Shown one piece after another: positions 15,551 to 24,898 of a DNA stretch of 64,000 bases. The position numbers were made by a program, and so were the translations under genes. A model generated the notes under the pieces. The model did not search any database. It had not been told where the DNA came from and saw only the letters and a program-made list of their open reading frames with translations. Location of the stretch: positions 6,961 to 70,960 of the forward strand of contig SCRI01000080.1 of NCBI GenBank assembly GCA_004298675.1. Direction: 5' to 3'. How positions within the stretch are numbered: the stretch's first letter is position 1; every line of letters starts with the position of its first letter. Source of the DNA: a bacterium. GTDB lineage: Bacteria; Vulcanimicrobiota; Vulcanimicrobiia; Vulcanimicrobiales; SCRA01.

Positions 15551-16801
15551 ATGCAGACTTCGAAGGTATTGGCTATGTTGGCCGTGGCAGCTGTCCTGGC
15601 TGGCTGCGCCGGGGGTGGAAAGGCGCAACAGCACGCGGCGGCCGCACCGCCGCTGGCCGTGGGCGTGGTCCATGCCGAGCGCGGCGAGATCGCCCGTACC
15701 GTCACGCTCGACGGCCAGATCGTGCCGCTGCTCGACTCGACGCTGTCGTTCCAACAGTCGGGGCCGATCACCGCGATCTACGTGAACGTCGGCGATCGCG
15801 TGAGCAAGGGCGAGCTGCTGGCGGCCATCGACGCCTCGACCCTGCGGGCGCAGTTGGCGCAGTTCCAGGCCCAGGCCGATCAGGCCGCGGCGCGCGCGCG
15901 CAGCTCCCAGGTCGGCATCCCCATCACGCAGGCGCAGACCTCCGCCGCCGTGGAGGCCGCCAAAGCCGCTGTCGTGAGCACCGGACTGACCTACCGGCAG
16001 GATCAACAGCTCTACCGGCAAGGCTACGTCTCGCAGAGCGCGCTGCAGGACGCGCAGTCCGCGTACGTGCAGGCGCAGAGCCAGTATCGTGCCGCCGTTG
16101 CCAACGGCGCCAGTAATCAGGCGACGCAGTTGAACGCGCAGGCGGACCTTGCCACCGAGCGGGCGGCGCGCGCGCAAGTGCGCACGCTGCGCACGCAAAT
16201 CGCGCAGACGGAGCTGCGCGCGCCCTTCGACGGCGTGGTCACGGCCCGGCTGATGGATCCCGGCGCCATGGCGGGGCCGGCAACGGCGGTCTTACGCGTC
16301 TCGCAGGTGCAGACGGTCTGGCTGAACCTCAACGTGCCCGATGCCGATCTCGCCTACGCGCGCACCGGTACGACGCTGGCGTTCCGCACGCCCTCGCTGC
16401 CCGGGCGTTCGTTCACGGCACGCATCGGTGCCATCAACGCCGTGCCCTCGCAGGGCACGCTCTCCTACCAAGCGCAGGCGCGCATTCCCAATCCCGGTGG
16501 TGTGCTGCGCGGCGGCATGCTCGTCACCGCGGTCCTGACGCAGGAGCGGCATGCAGGCGTGATCGTCGTGCCGCTGTCGGCGCTCGTACAGTCGCCGCAA
16601 GGGGCGGCCGTCTTCGTGGTCGCGAACGGTAAGGCCGCGCGCGTCGCGGTGCGCGTGGGTCTGGAGACCGATACGCAGGCCGAGGTCGCGGCCCGGGCCA
16701 TCGTGCCCGGCACGCAGATCGTCGCGCGTCCGCCGGAGAGTCTGCAAGATGGTGCCGCGGTAGCCGTGAGCGCCGCGACGGGCTCGGACACGGCGCAATG
16801 A
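15551..16801 (+). CDS. RND efflux periplasmic adaptor (membrane fusion protein, HlyD/AcrA family)
   Basis: 416 aa. Lipoprotein signal LAGCAGG, coiled-coil Gln/Ala-rich hairpin and beta-barrel region. ATGA overlap with the downstream RND pump. Confidence 0.9.
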   Translation: MQTSKVLAMLAVAAVLAGCAGGGKAQQHAAAAPPLAVGVVHAERGEIARTVTLDGQIVPLLDSTLSFQQSGPITAIYVNVGDRVSKGELLAAIDASTLRAQLAQFQAQADQAAARARSSQVGIPITQAQTSAAVEAAKAAVVSTGLTYRQDQQLYRQGYVSQSALQDAQSAYVQAQSQYRAAVANGASNQATQLNAQADLATERAARAQVRTLRTQIAQTELRAPFDGVVTARLMDPGAMAGPATAVLRVSQVQTVWLNLNVPDADLAYARTGTTLAFRTPSLPGRSFTARIGAINAVPSQGTLSYQAQARIPNPGGVLRGGMLVTAVLTQERHAGVIVVPLSALVQSPQGAAVFVVANGKAARVAVRVGLETDTQAEVAARAIVPGTQIVARPPESLQDGAAVAVSAATGSDTAQ

Positions 16802-19800
16802 TCGGCATGTTCCTGCGGCGGCCGGTGCTCACGGCCGTCTGCTCGCTCATCATTTTGATCGCCGGCGCGGTGGTGGTGCCGACCCTGCCGATCGCGCAGT
16901 ATCCACGCATCGCACCGCCCGTGGTCACCGTGAATGCGGCGTACATCGGCGCCGATGCCCAGACGGTGGAGTCGGCCGTCACGACACCGCTGGAGCAGGC
17001 CATCAACGGGGTGGAGGGGCTGCGCTACATCTCCTCCACCAGCTCGAACAACGGCGGTTCGACGATTACCTGCACCTTCCGGTTGGGGACCAATCTCGAG
17101 ACCGCCACGACGGACGTGCAGAACGCGGTGCAGTCGGCCATGGGACGTCTGCCTGACGCCGTGAAGCAGACCGGCGTCACCGTTTCCAAGAACGCCGGCA
17201 CGTTCGTGATGGCGATCGCGCTGGTCTCCGACACCCCCAAGTACGGTCCGCTCTTTCTCAGCAACTACGCCGACTTGAACCTGGTCAACGCGCTCAAGCG
17301 CGTCGCCGGCGTGAGTGACGTGCGCGTCTTCGGCTCGGGCCGTTACGCCATGCGGATCTGGATCGATCCCCGCAAGCTGGCGCAATACGGTTTGGCCGCT
17401 TCCGACGTAATCGGCGCCCTGGAGGAGCAGAACGTCAACGTTGCCGCCGGTGCCATCGGCTCTCAGCCCGCGCCGGCGAACCAGCCGTACACCTATACCG
17501 TGCGCGCCGTGGGGCGGCTGACCTCACCCGATCAATTCCGCCAGATCGTGCTGCGTGCCGCCGGCAATGGCGGCTACGTGCGCTTGGGCGACGTGGCGAA
17601 GATCGACCTGGGCTCCGAGAGCTACGACAACGCGATCCGCTTCGACGGCAATACCAACTCGATCGGCCTGGGAGTCTTGCAGCTGCCCACAGCCAACGCG
17701 CTCAGCGTCAGCCAAGCAGTGCGTGCCCAGATGAACGAGTTGGCCAAGGCGTTCCCGCCGGGCGTGCACTATGAGATCGCCTTCGACACCTCGGTCTTCG
17801 TGCACGAGTCGATCAAGGAAGTGCTCTTCACGCTCCTGTTCTCGATCGTGCTGGTGATCCTGGTGATCTATCTGTTCTTACAGGATCCGCGCGCCACGCT
17901 CATCCCGGCCGTCAGCATTCCGGTGTCGCTGATCGGCACGTTCATGATCATGAAGCTCTTCGGCTTCACGATCAACACGATCACGCTCTTCGGATTGACG
18001 TTGGCCACCGGGCTGGTGGTCGACGACGCCATCGTGGTCATCGAAAATATCGCGCGCTTCATTCAAGAGAAGAAGATGGGCGGCATCAAGGGCGCCGAGG
18101 CCGCGATGCACGAGGTACAGGGCGCCGTGGTGGCATCCTCGCTGGTGCTGATCTCCGTCTTCGTGCCGGTGGCGTTCTTCCCGGGCACGACGGGCCAGCT
18201 CTACAAGCAGTTCGCCTTGACGATCGCCGCCTCGATCTCGATCTCGTTGTTCGTCTCGCTCTCGCTCTCGCCGATGCTCTCCTCACGGCTCTTCCGGGAG
18301 CAGCACGAGTCGCACTTCCCGCCCTTCGTGTGGTTCAATCGCGGTCTCTCGGCCTTCCGCGCGCGTTACCGCCGGCTGCTGCCGGTGTTGCTGCGCGCTC
18401 GCTGGGCGGTCTTCGGCGTCTTCGTGCTGGCGTTGGCGTTGACCGGCTGGCTCTTCAAGACCACACCAACGGCCTTCATCCCCGACGAGGACCAGGGCTA
18501 CTTCATCGTCACGGAGCAGGCGCCTGAAGGTACGTCGCTGGGCAACGAGATGAAGATCGCCGACCGGGTCGAGCGCATCATCCGCCAGCAGCCGGAGGTG
18601 CAGCACATCTTCGACGTGGCCGGCTTCAGCTTCACGGGTAGCGAGCCCAACCGCGGCATCATGTTCGTCAACCTCAAGCCGTGGGCGCAGCGCCAAGGCT
18701 CCGGGCACACGCTCAGCGCCATCTTGGGGCGCCTGCGCGGCCCGCTCTTCGGCCTCGCCGGCGCGCAAGTTTTCGCTTTCAATCCACCTGCCATTCAAGG
18801 TGTGGGGAACTTTGGCGGTTTTCAGTACGAGTTGGAAGACCGCGGCAACGTCGGTCTGCCCGCGCTGACCGGCACGGCCTTTGGTTACATGATGCAGGGT
18901 AACCGTGACCCCGATCTCTCCAGCGTCTTCACGACCTTCCGCATCGACTCGCCGCAGCTGCTGCTCAACGTCGACCGCGACAAAGCCAAGGCGGTTGGGG
19001 TCTCGCTCTCCGATCTCTTCGGTACGCTGCAGGCGGAGCTCGGTTCCGTCTACGTCAACGACTTCAACTACCTCAGCCGCTCGTACCGCGTCTACGTGCA
19101 GGCCGACGAGCCGTATCGCGGCCGTATCGCCTCGCTCGGCGACCTGTACGTGCGCTCGAGCGCGGGCGGCATCGCCCCGGTGACGGAGTTCGTGAGCCCT
19201 GTCATTCAAAAGGGGGCGCCGATCATCAACCACTACAACCTCTATCGTTCGATCGAGATCAACGGGCAGCCGGCGCCGGGTAAGGGCACCGGGCAAGCGA
19301 TCGCGGCGATGGAGCAGTTGGCACAGCGGATCGATCCATCCGGCGTCGCGTACGAATGGTCGGGCCTCTCGCTCGACGAGATCGAGGCAGGCTTCCTGAC
19401 GATGCTGATCTTCGCGCTGGGCATCCTCTTCACGTTCCTGGTGCTCTCGGCGCAGTACGAGAGCTTCGCCGATCCGCTGATCGTACTGCTGGCCGTGCCG
19501 GCGGCGCTCTTGGGCGCGCTCCTGCTGCTCGGATTGCGTCACATTCCGAGCGATGCCTACGCGCAAGTGGGCTACGTGATGTTGATCGGCCTGGCTAGCA
19601 AGAATGCGATTCTGATCGTCGAGTTCGCCAACGAACAACTGCGCGAAGGTGCGGACATCGTCACCGCCGCTTCGCGCGCCGCCCAAACGCGGCTGCGGCC
19701 GATCCTCATGACGTCGATTGCCTTCGTGGTGGCGGTTTTGCCGTTGGTCTTCGCCAGCGGCGCCGGTGCCAACGCGCGCCATTCGCTGGGTACGGTGGTC

Positions 19801-19971
19801 TGCGGCGGCATGCTGCTGGCCACGTTCCTCAACCTCGCGATCACGCCGGTCATCTACGTGATCGTCAAGTCGGCCTCGCGGCGCGGCCGCGAGCTGTTCG
19901 GCCGTGGCCGTAACGGCCAGGCGCGCGCGCTGGAAGAAGAGCCGGTGCCGGTGGGCGAGGGGCACCAGTAG
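16798..19971 (+). CDS. RND efflux transporter permease (AcrB/HAE1-like)
   Basis: 1057 aa. The N-terminus FLRRPVLTAVCSLIILIAGAVVVPTLPIAQYPRIAPPVVTVNAAYIGADAQTVE aligns with AcrB from memory, and the topology is 12 TM helices with two large loops. Confidence 0.95.
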   Translation: MIGMFLRRPVLTAVCSLIILIAGAVVVPTLPIAQYPRIAPPVVTVNAAYIGADAQTVESAVTTPLEQAINGVEGLRYISSTSSNNGGSTITCTFRLGTNLETATTDVQNAVQSAMGRLPDAVKQTGVTVSKNAGTFVMAIALVSDTPKYGPLFLSNYADLNLVNALKRVAGVSDVRVFGSGRYAMRIWIDPRKLAQYGLAASDVIGALEEQNVNVAAGAIGSQPAPANQPYTYTVRAVGRLTSPDQFRQIVLRAAGNGGYVRLGDVAKIDLGSESYDNAIRFDGNTNSIGLGVLQLPTANALSVSQAVRAQMNELAKAFPPGVHYEIAFDTSVFVHESIKEVLFTLLFSIVLVILVIYLFLQDPRATLIPAVSIPVSLIGTFMIMKLFGFTINTITLFGLTLATGLVVDDAIVVIENIARFIQEKKMGGIKGAEAAMHEVQGAVVASSLVLISVFVPVAFFPGTTGQLYKQFALTIAASISISLFVSLSLSPMLSSRLFREQHESHFPPFVWFNRGLSAFRARYRRLLPVLLRARWAVFGVFVLALALTGWLFKTTPTAFIPDEDQGYFIVTEQAPEGTSLGNEMKIADRVERIIRQQPEVQHIFDVAGFSFTGSEPNRGIMFVNLKPWAQRQGSGHTLSAILGRLRGPLFGLAGAQVFAFNPPAIQGVGNFGGFQYELEDRGNVGLPALTGTAFGYMMQGNRDPDLSSVFTTFRIDSPQLLLNVDRDKAKAVGVSLSDLFGTLQAELGSVYVNDFNYLSRSYRVYVQADEPYRGRIASLGDLYVRSSAGGIAPVTEFVSPVIQKGAPIINHYNLYRSIEINGQPAPGKGTGQAIAAMEQLAQRIDPSGVAYEWSGLSLDEIEAGFLTMLIFALGILFTFLVLSAQYESFADPLIVLLAVPAALLGALLLLGLRHIPSDAYAQVGYVMLIGLASKNAILIVEFANEQLREGADIVTAASRAAQTRLRPILMTSIAFVVAVLPLVFASGAGANARHSLGTVVCGGMLLATFLNLAITPVIYVIVKSASRRGRELFGRGRNGQARALEEEPVPVGEGHQ

Positions 19972-19988
19972 CGCGGCGGCGAAGCGGC

Positions 19989-20534
19989 ATGCGTATGACC
20001 GGCACCGACTACGATCTGTTGGAGCAGCAAGTGGCCTCGCTCTTCGAGAGCGAGCGCGATCTCATCGCCAATGCCGCGAACTTCTCCGCGTTCGTCTTCC
20101 ACGAACTGCCGCTGGTGAACTGGGCCGGCTTCTACTTCCCTGACCGCGGGGATCTCTTGCTCGGACCGTTCGGCGGCAAACCCGCGTGCGTGCGCCTAGC
20201 CGCGGGACAGGGCGTGTGCGGTGCGGCGTTCACCTCCGGGACCACCGTCGTCGTCGACGACGTCAACGCCTTCGCGGGTCACATCGCGTGCGACGCCGCC
20301 TCACGTTCGGAGATCGTGCTGCCGCTGCTGGTACGCGGCGGGGTGGCCGGCGTCTTCGACATCGATAGCCCCGTCGCGTCGCGCTTCACGCCGCGCGATC
20401 GCGCGGGGCTCGAGCGTTTGGTGACGCGCTTCGTGGCGCTGACGTGGTTCCCGGATGCGTATCCCTGGCGCCCGCCCGCCGAGCCGGAGTTGGCGCGCGG
20501 GGTTGACGTGGCAGGGAAGCCAGGTGTACCATAG
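19989..20534 (+). CDS. GAF-domain protein, free methionine-(R)-sulfoxide reductase type (YebR/MsrC-like)
   Basis: 181 aa. NWAGFYF...LLLGPFGGKPACVRLAAGQGVCGAA...VVVDDVNAFAGHIACDAASRSEIVLPL...GVFDIDSP matches the fRMsr GAF family as I recall it. Confidence 0.85.
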   Translation: MRMTGTDYDLLEQQVASLFESERDLIANAANFSAFVFHELPLVNWAGFYFPDRGDLLLGPFGGKPACVRLAAGQGVCGAAFTSGTTVVVDDVNAFAGHIACDAASRSEIVLPLLVRGGVAGVFDIDSPVASRFTPRDRAGLERLVTRFVALTWFPDAYPWRPPAEPELARGVDVAGKPGVP

Positions 20535-20540
20535 GCCGGT

Positions 20541-20733
20541 ATCCTCGTTAGGCGAGGCGTCTACACGATGACATGCCGCTGCCCGGAAAGGTCGAGAGAC
20601 CCCAACGGGTGACCAGGCACCGCCGAATCAAGGCGTTACCTAATGCGGCTGAGGCCTTCGGGACTCTATAGCGTGTGGTGCTGAAGCTCGACGTTGAGGA
20701 AGAAGCCGGACCCGAATCCGGTCGATTTCTTGA
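20541..20733 (+). ncRNA. unclassified structured RNA (riboswitch-like leader, 3'UTR element or sRNA) ending at an intrinsic terminator
   Basis: Non-coding stretch with nested helices seen by eye: 20543-47/20553-57, 20561-67/20672-78 (encloses a multi-branch), 20575-79/20645-49, 20621-24/20632-35, 20651-56/20661-66 (UUCG loop) and 20706-10/20717-21. The strand is inferred from the downstream terminator. Confidence 0.35.
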
Positions 20734-20766
20734 CCGTCGGACGCGAGGAGCGCCGACGGTTTTTTG
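20734..20766 (+). terminator. rho-independent terminator
   Basis: CCGTCGG(A)CGC-GAGGA-GCGCCGACGG, a 10-bp stem with one bulge, followed directly by TTTTTTGTT. Confidence 0.75.
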
Positions 20767-20879
20767 TTGCCGTGAGAGAGGGGGTGATGATCCGCCGTGG
20801 ACGGCAGTTCCAGTAGTACCTTGCGCTGCGCGCCCGCGCGGCGCGCAACCTAATGTTTAAATAAGGATGAAGACGTGTC

Positions 20880-21059
20880 ATGTCGTTCTCTGTTTTTGCG
20901 CGCTCGCTGAGCGTGCGGCGCCGTATGCGCGCCATGTTTGCCGAGCCGGAGCGCCAACGAGCCGATCGCTACGATCGCGCCTCGACGTGGGCTGAGCGCC
21001 CCTCATACGAGCCGCCGGCCAAGTCGCGCCTCTACCTCTGGGTTCCGCACATTCGCTAG
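20880..21059 (+). CDS. hypothetical small basic protein (59 aa; below the ORF-track cutoff)
   Basis: My translation is MSFSVFARSLSVRRRMRAMFAEPERQRADRYDRASTWAERPSYEPPAKSRLYLWVPHIR*. AAGGA lies about 10 nt upstream. The ORF ends 9 nt before the GTG of the next gene. Confidence 0.3.
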   Translation: MSFSVFARSLSVRRRMRAMFAEPERQRADRYDRASTWAERPSYEPPAKSRLYLWVPHIR

Positions 21060-21068
21060 AATCCGAAC

Positions 21069-22952
21069 GTGAAGAAGGTTATCGGGCTTCTGGCGCTGCT
21101 CTTCCTCTGCCTCACCGCAGCGGCATTGGCAGCGGATACGGTGGCGCCGGAAGCGCCGCCTTCGCCGCGGCCGGGGACGTTCGTACTGCACCTCGATCAG
21201 CGGATAGTGCTCATCGATCAAACGACGAGCGGCCCGGGCGTCACGCCGCCCGAAGGGTCCGGCTTCATCAACGGCTCACCGGCCTCGCCGCTGACGCCGT
21301 ACGATACGTTCTCGAGCGCGCCGCTGACGCCGGGCGTCGCCGGCGTCGCGCAGCTTCTGCTTGCGCCAACGTACGTGGGGCGCCGTTTCGACGTCGCCGC
21401 GACACTGGGCGCAGGCTACGTGCGCGGCAGCACGACCAACGCCGCCTACTGGAGTGGGGCGCTGCTGCCAGGCCTGAGCCCGCATCTGGGCGCGCAGGCG
21501 CTGCCGTACCGCGTCGTGTTTCCAACGCAGGCCGGGCAGGACGACGGCGCCGCCGCGCGCGCGTCGCTGCTCTCGTTCTCCGTCTCCGCACGCGACGGCA
21601 GTTTGGCGCTGCGCGGCGGCTGGTTCGATCTGCAGCAGACCGAGCGCTTTGTCTTCGCGCCCCCCGCGCTCACGAACGTGACGCCGGCCATCGGCCTCGC
21701 GACGACCGAATCGCTGGGCGGGGGAGCGCCAACGCTGGACTGGTGGACGCCGGATTCGCCGGCGCTTCCGCTGCACGGTGTCGATCTCGTTGCGCGCCAC
21801 GCGCTGGGGACGCTCGAGTTGACGGACGCAGCGCTGCCCGCGCTGCCCGGTACCTCGGCGCGCTTGACTGCGGCGTCACTGGTGATCGATCACGGCGAGG
21901 GAACGCGCTGGTCGGCGCAGATGGCGCACGTGGTGACGGGCGGCGATCTGGTGTCCACCACGGTCCTCTTCGGCGGCGACGCGCAACTGCTGCCGACGCC
22001 GCAGGGCAATCTCCCGTTGAGTCAAATCGGCGGCCAGCGCGAGAGCGTGTTCGGCGTGCGCGCAGCGTTCCACGTGGCGCGCGCTCTGAGCGGTGTGGTG
22101 GAGCTGGCGCGCTCGACCTACGCCGCCGATCACGTCGCACAACCTGGTACTGGGAAACCGGGCGGCTACGCCCATGCGGGCCTTGTGCACACGTTTGGGC
22201 GCGCGAGTCTGGCGCTGGACTGGTACCGGAACGAGCCCTACTATGCCACCGTCATCCTGCCGTACGGCGCGCCGGAGAACGTGTGGAGCGTGGCGTGGTC
22301 GTGGCCGGGGCAGTGGCTGAAGTCGAACTACCAGATGATCGACAACAGCGTGGCCAACGTCAACCGCCAAGGGTATCGCGTGGGGTACGCGCTCTCCGGT
22401 GGGCCGCTCGAGCTGGCGCTCTCGGCCGCGCGCTTCGCGCAGATCGATCCCATCACCACGGCCGCTGCCGCCACTACCGGATTCGTGGATGGCTTCTATC
22501 TGCCGCAGGACCCCGCGGCCGCGACGCTTGGGCGCCAGCAGCAGTTCGCGCTATGGGCGGCCTGGCACGCGCGCTTTGGCGACGTGACGCTCGATTACGT
22601 CGACGACACCATGCATCGCGCGGCAGTAGCGCGTGCCCCCGCGGACGCCGTTTCCTACGACGCGCCCGAGCTTGCGCTGACGCTAGCGCATCACTTCAAC
22701 GCACGCTTCTTGGCTGCGACGAGCCTGGCACGCTATGCCATGCGTGGCAGCTTCGCGCAAGGCGCCGCGACCAACGTGGACTTCGCGCAGCGCGTGGCCG
22801 TGGCGGGGCTGCAGTATCGCGAGGGCGCGCACACCGCCACGCTGGTGGAGTTCCGGCGCAGCGCGTTCGCGGGACTGCCGATCGCTGGCGGCGGGCTCTC
22901 ACCCAACTTCACGGGCAGCCTGCTGATCGTGGAGCAGCGGATCCGATATTAG
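21069..22952 (+). CDS. large secreted protein, probable outer-membrane beta-barrel
   Basis: 627 aa. Signal peptide MKKVIGLLALLFLCLTAAALA, alternating-hydrophobicity Gly/Ala/Tyr-rich sequence and a C-terminal aromatic residue (...LLIVEQRIRY), as in OMP insertion signals. Confidence 0.7.
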   Translation: MKKVIGLLALLFLCLTAAALAADTVAPEAPPSPRPGTFVLHLDQRIVLIDQTTSGPGVTPPEGSGFINGSPASPLTPYDTFSSAPLTPGVAGVAQLLLAPTYVGRRFDVAATLGAGYVRGSTTNAAYWSGALLPGLSPHLGAQALPYRVVFPTQAGQDDGAAARASLLSFSVSARDGSLALRGGWFDLQQTERFVFAPPALTNVTPAIGLATTESLGGGAPTLDWWTPDSPALPLHGVDLVARHALGTLELTDAALPALPGTSARLTAASLVIDHGEGTRWSAQMAHVVTGGDLVSTTVLFGGDAQLLPTPQGNLPLSQIGGQRESVFGVRAAFHVARALSGVVELARSTYAADHVAQPGTGKPGGYAHAGLVHTFGRASLALDWYRNEPYYATVILPYGAPENVWSVAWSWPGQWLKSNYQMIDNSVANVNRQGYRVGYALSGGPLELALSAARFAQIDPITTAAAATTGFVDGFYLPQDPAAATLGRQQQFALWAAWHARFGDVTLDYVDDTMHRAAVARAPADAVSYDAPELALTLAHHFNARFLAATSLARYAMRGSFAQGAATNVDFAQRVAVAGLQYREGAHTATLVEFRRSAFAGLPIAGGGLSPNFTGSLLIVEQRIRY

Positions 22953-22954
22953 CC

Positions 22955-23620
22955 ATGAACGCGCCGCATACCGCACGGTCGCTGCTGCGCCGGGCGGCAA
23001 CCCAGATCGGTCTCCCAGTGCTCGCCGTCTGCCTGTTGACACTGTTTGGCCTCGCCAAGCTGACCGAAGACGTCTTCGAGCAGGAGACGCACCGCTTCGA
23101 CGTGGGCGCGCTTTTGTGGATCCACCACTTTGCGACTGCCGGAGCCGATCACATCGCGCTGGGATTGACATTCCTCGGAAACCCCATCTGGGTCATCGCG
23201 GTCATCGTGGTGAGTTTCGCCCTGTTGTGGCTGGCCGGCTGGCGCTCGGAGGCGCTGATGCTTCTGGTTGCGTGCGCCGGCGCATTCGCGCTCGACGTAG
23301 GGCTCAAACTGTCGTTTAGACGTGAGCGACCGGCGCTGTGGCCGCAGCTCGTCTCCGAGACGTCCTACAGTTACCCCAGCGGTCATGCGTTGTTCTCGCT
23401 CGTACTCTACGGCTTCTTAGCCTATGTGGTGGCGTCGCGCTTTCCGCGCGTGGCTTGGCTCTCGTACGGTGGCGCGGGCGCCCTCGTGATTGGAATTGGA
23501 GCTAGCCGTTTGTACCTCGGCGTCCACTGGCCGAGTGATGTCATGGCTGGACTCGCCGTAGGGCTCCTTTGGCTCGTAACCTGCATCGCGTTGCTGCGGT
23601 CCGCAGGTCGCGCGGCATGA
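22955..23620 (+). CDS. PAP2-family phosphatase (phosphatidic acid / undecaprenyl-diphosphate phosphatase type)
   Basis: ATG at 22955, in frame with the tail of ORF 21743..23620. Motifs are KLSFRRERP (KxxxxxxRP), YPSGH (PSGH) and SRLYLGVHWPSDV (SRxxxxxHxxxD). Confidence 0.85.
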   Translation: MNAPHTARSLLRRAATQIGLPVLAVCLLTLFGLAKLTEDVFEQETHRFDVGALLWIHHFATAGADHIALGLTFLGNPIWVIAVIVVSFALLWLAGWRSEALMLLVACAGAFALDVGLKLSFRRERPALWPQLVSETSYSYPSGHALFSLVLYGFLAYVVASRFPRVAWLSYGGAGALVIGIGASRLYLGVHWPSDVMAGLAVGLLWLVTCIALLRSAGRAA

Positions 23621-23642
23621 CGTCGAGCTAGAACGTGCGCCG

Positions 23643-24794
23643 CTACGTTGCGCGCGTCTTCCCGGGCAGGAGGAACGGGCGCGCGATCTGCACGATCAAG
23701 CCGATCCAGGCGACGAATGCGAACCAGCCCGCGAGCGGCGCGAGCGCCGGCGGCGCGAAGGCATACCAGAGCCCGCCGGCGAGCCAGAACGCGAGAATGG
23801 CGTGCCCCAACTGCGTTTGATTCATCTCGCCCAGCATGGGGATGTTGCGGGTTCCCTCCAGGCGCGAGCGGCGCATCCACCAGATGAACGGGATGATGCG
23901 CTGGATGTAGCCCACCACGGCCGTGCCGACGAAGAGCCAGAGCGCGAACACGGCCGCGGTCTCCATCGCGCCCGCGAGCGCCGTGAAGACCGCGCTGCAG
24001 CCGAACAACCCGGAGGCCAGCGCGTAGAGCAGGGTCTCGCGCTGGTAGGCGGGGTTGCGGTTCTTCGCCACGACCCCGAGATTGAAGGCGAACGCCAACG
24101 CCGCCACCGCCAAGAGCGGCATCCCCACGCGCGGCAGCAGCGCGGCGAGGATGGCCGCGGCGGCGACGGCGATCTCCAGCCACAGCGCACGCGGTTCGAG
24201 GCTGAAGCGCTCGAACATGCGCAGCAGGCGAAAGGTCACGGCTACGATCAGCGTGCCGAAGAAGGCGGCCAGGCCGAAGGTTGCGTGGATGCCGACCAGC
24301 GCGCCGGCGTTGAGGCCGCCCGCGCCCAGTGCGACCGCGATGCCAAGCGCGGCGGTGACGACGAAGCCACCCAGCGCGAGCGCGGCGCCGCGCGCGGTGA
24401 TGGCCGGCGAGCCCTCACGCAACGTCGCCGCGAGAATGCCGCTTTGCAGTAGGACGCCCGCGACGTGCAGCACGCCACCCGCTGTCACGAAGTCGAACTT
24501 GCCGAGCGTGAAGCCCGCGACCAGGAGCACCGTGCCCGCGAGTGCGAGCGGGAGATGGATGAAGCCGAAGGGGACGCCGCGCAGCTGCCGCATGCCCACG
24601 ACCGGCACGAATTGGTAGAGCGCCCCCATGGCGATGGTGGCGAAGGAGCCCACGGCCACCAGATGCAGGATCGCGAGCGGCGTCAGCAGACGCAACGCCA
24701 GCGCAACTGCCGCGCAGCCGAGCGCCAGGATTCCCGCGGCAAAGAACAAGAGCGGGAGATACGGCGTGGGAACGGTCGTGCTCTTGGCGCTCAT
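23643..24794 (-). CDS. polytopic membrane protein of unknown function (about 12 TM)
   Basis: Start at internal ATG 24794 (MSAKSTTVPTPYLPLLFFAAG...), 383 aa. The upstream part of the ORF is Arg-rich and non-membrane, so it is rejected. Confidence 0.7.
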   Translation of the reverse strand: MSAKSTTVPTPYLPLLFFAAGILALGCAAVALALRLLTPLAILHLVAVGSFATIAMGALYQFVPVVGMRQLRGVPFGFIHLPLALAGTVLLVAGFTLGKFDFVTAGGVLHVAGVLLQSGILAATLREGSPAITARGAALALGGFVVTAALGIAVALGAGGLNAGALVGIHATFGLAAFFGTLIVAVTFRLLRMFERFSLEPRALWLEIAVAAAAILAALLPRVGMPLLAVAALAFAFNLGVVAKNRNPAYQRETLLYALASGLFGCSAVFTALAGAMETAAVFALWLFVGTAVVGYIQRIIPFIWWMRRSRLEGTRNIPMLGEMNQTQLGHAILAFWLAGGLWYAFAPPALAPLAGWFAFVAWIGLIVQIARPFLLPGKTRAT

Positions 24795-24898
24795 GCGGGC
24801 ATCACGCGCCGTTCGTTCGCGCCGCGGCCCAGCGCCCCTTCGCCCGGGGGATCGCTGCGCGCGCCGGTGAAGAGGCGTCCAAGAGAGGGACCTCAAGC

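Noticed and set aside
18283-19965. 560-aa minus-strand ORF inside the RND pump gene. Similar cases are 38952..40490 inside acs and 53632..55143 inside the TPR gene.
   Set aside because: Same reasoning. Each is antisense to an unambiguous conserved gene with Arg-rich low-complexity translation and no start-site context.
20595-20721. Assigning the structured RNA to a specific riboswitch class (c-di-AMP/ydaO, glycine, lysine, ZTP, guanidine-I)
   Set aside because: Each class shares only short strings with this sequence (for example GAGAGACC, CGCCGAA, ACCCGAATCCG, GGTCGAGAG). In every case at least one hallmark block was missing when I compared from memory, so only an unclassified call is justified without a covariance-model search.
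23643-24794. Possible heme-copper-oxidase/NnrS-like His motifs (HLVAVGSFATIAMGALYQFVP, HATFGLAAFFG) in the 12-TM membrane protein
   Set aside because: The resemblance is to a very loose pattern recalled from memory. There is no supporting neighbouring gene and I cannot align it, so it is reported only as a membrane protein of unknown function.
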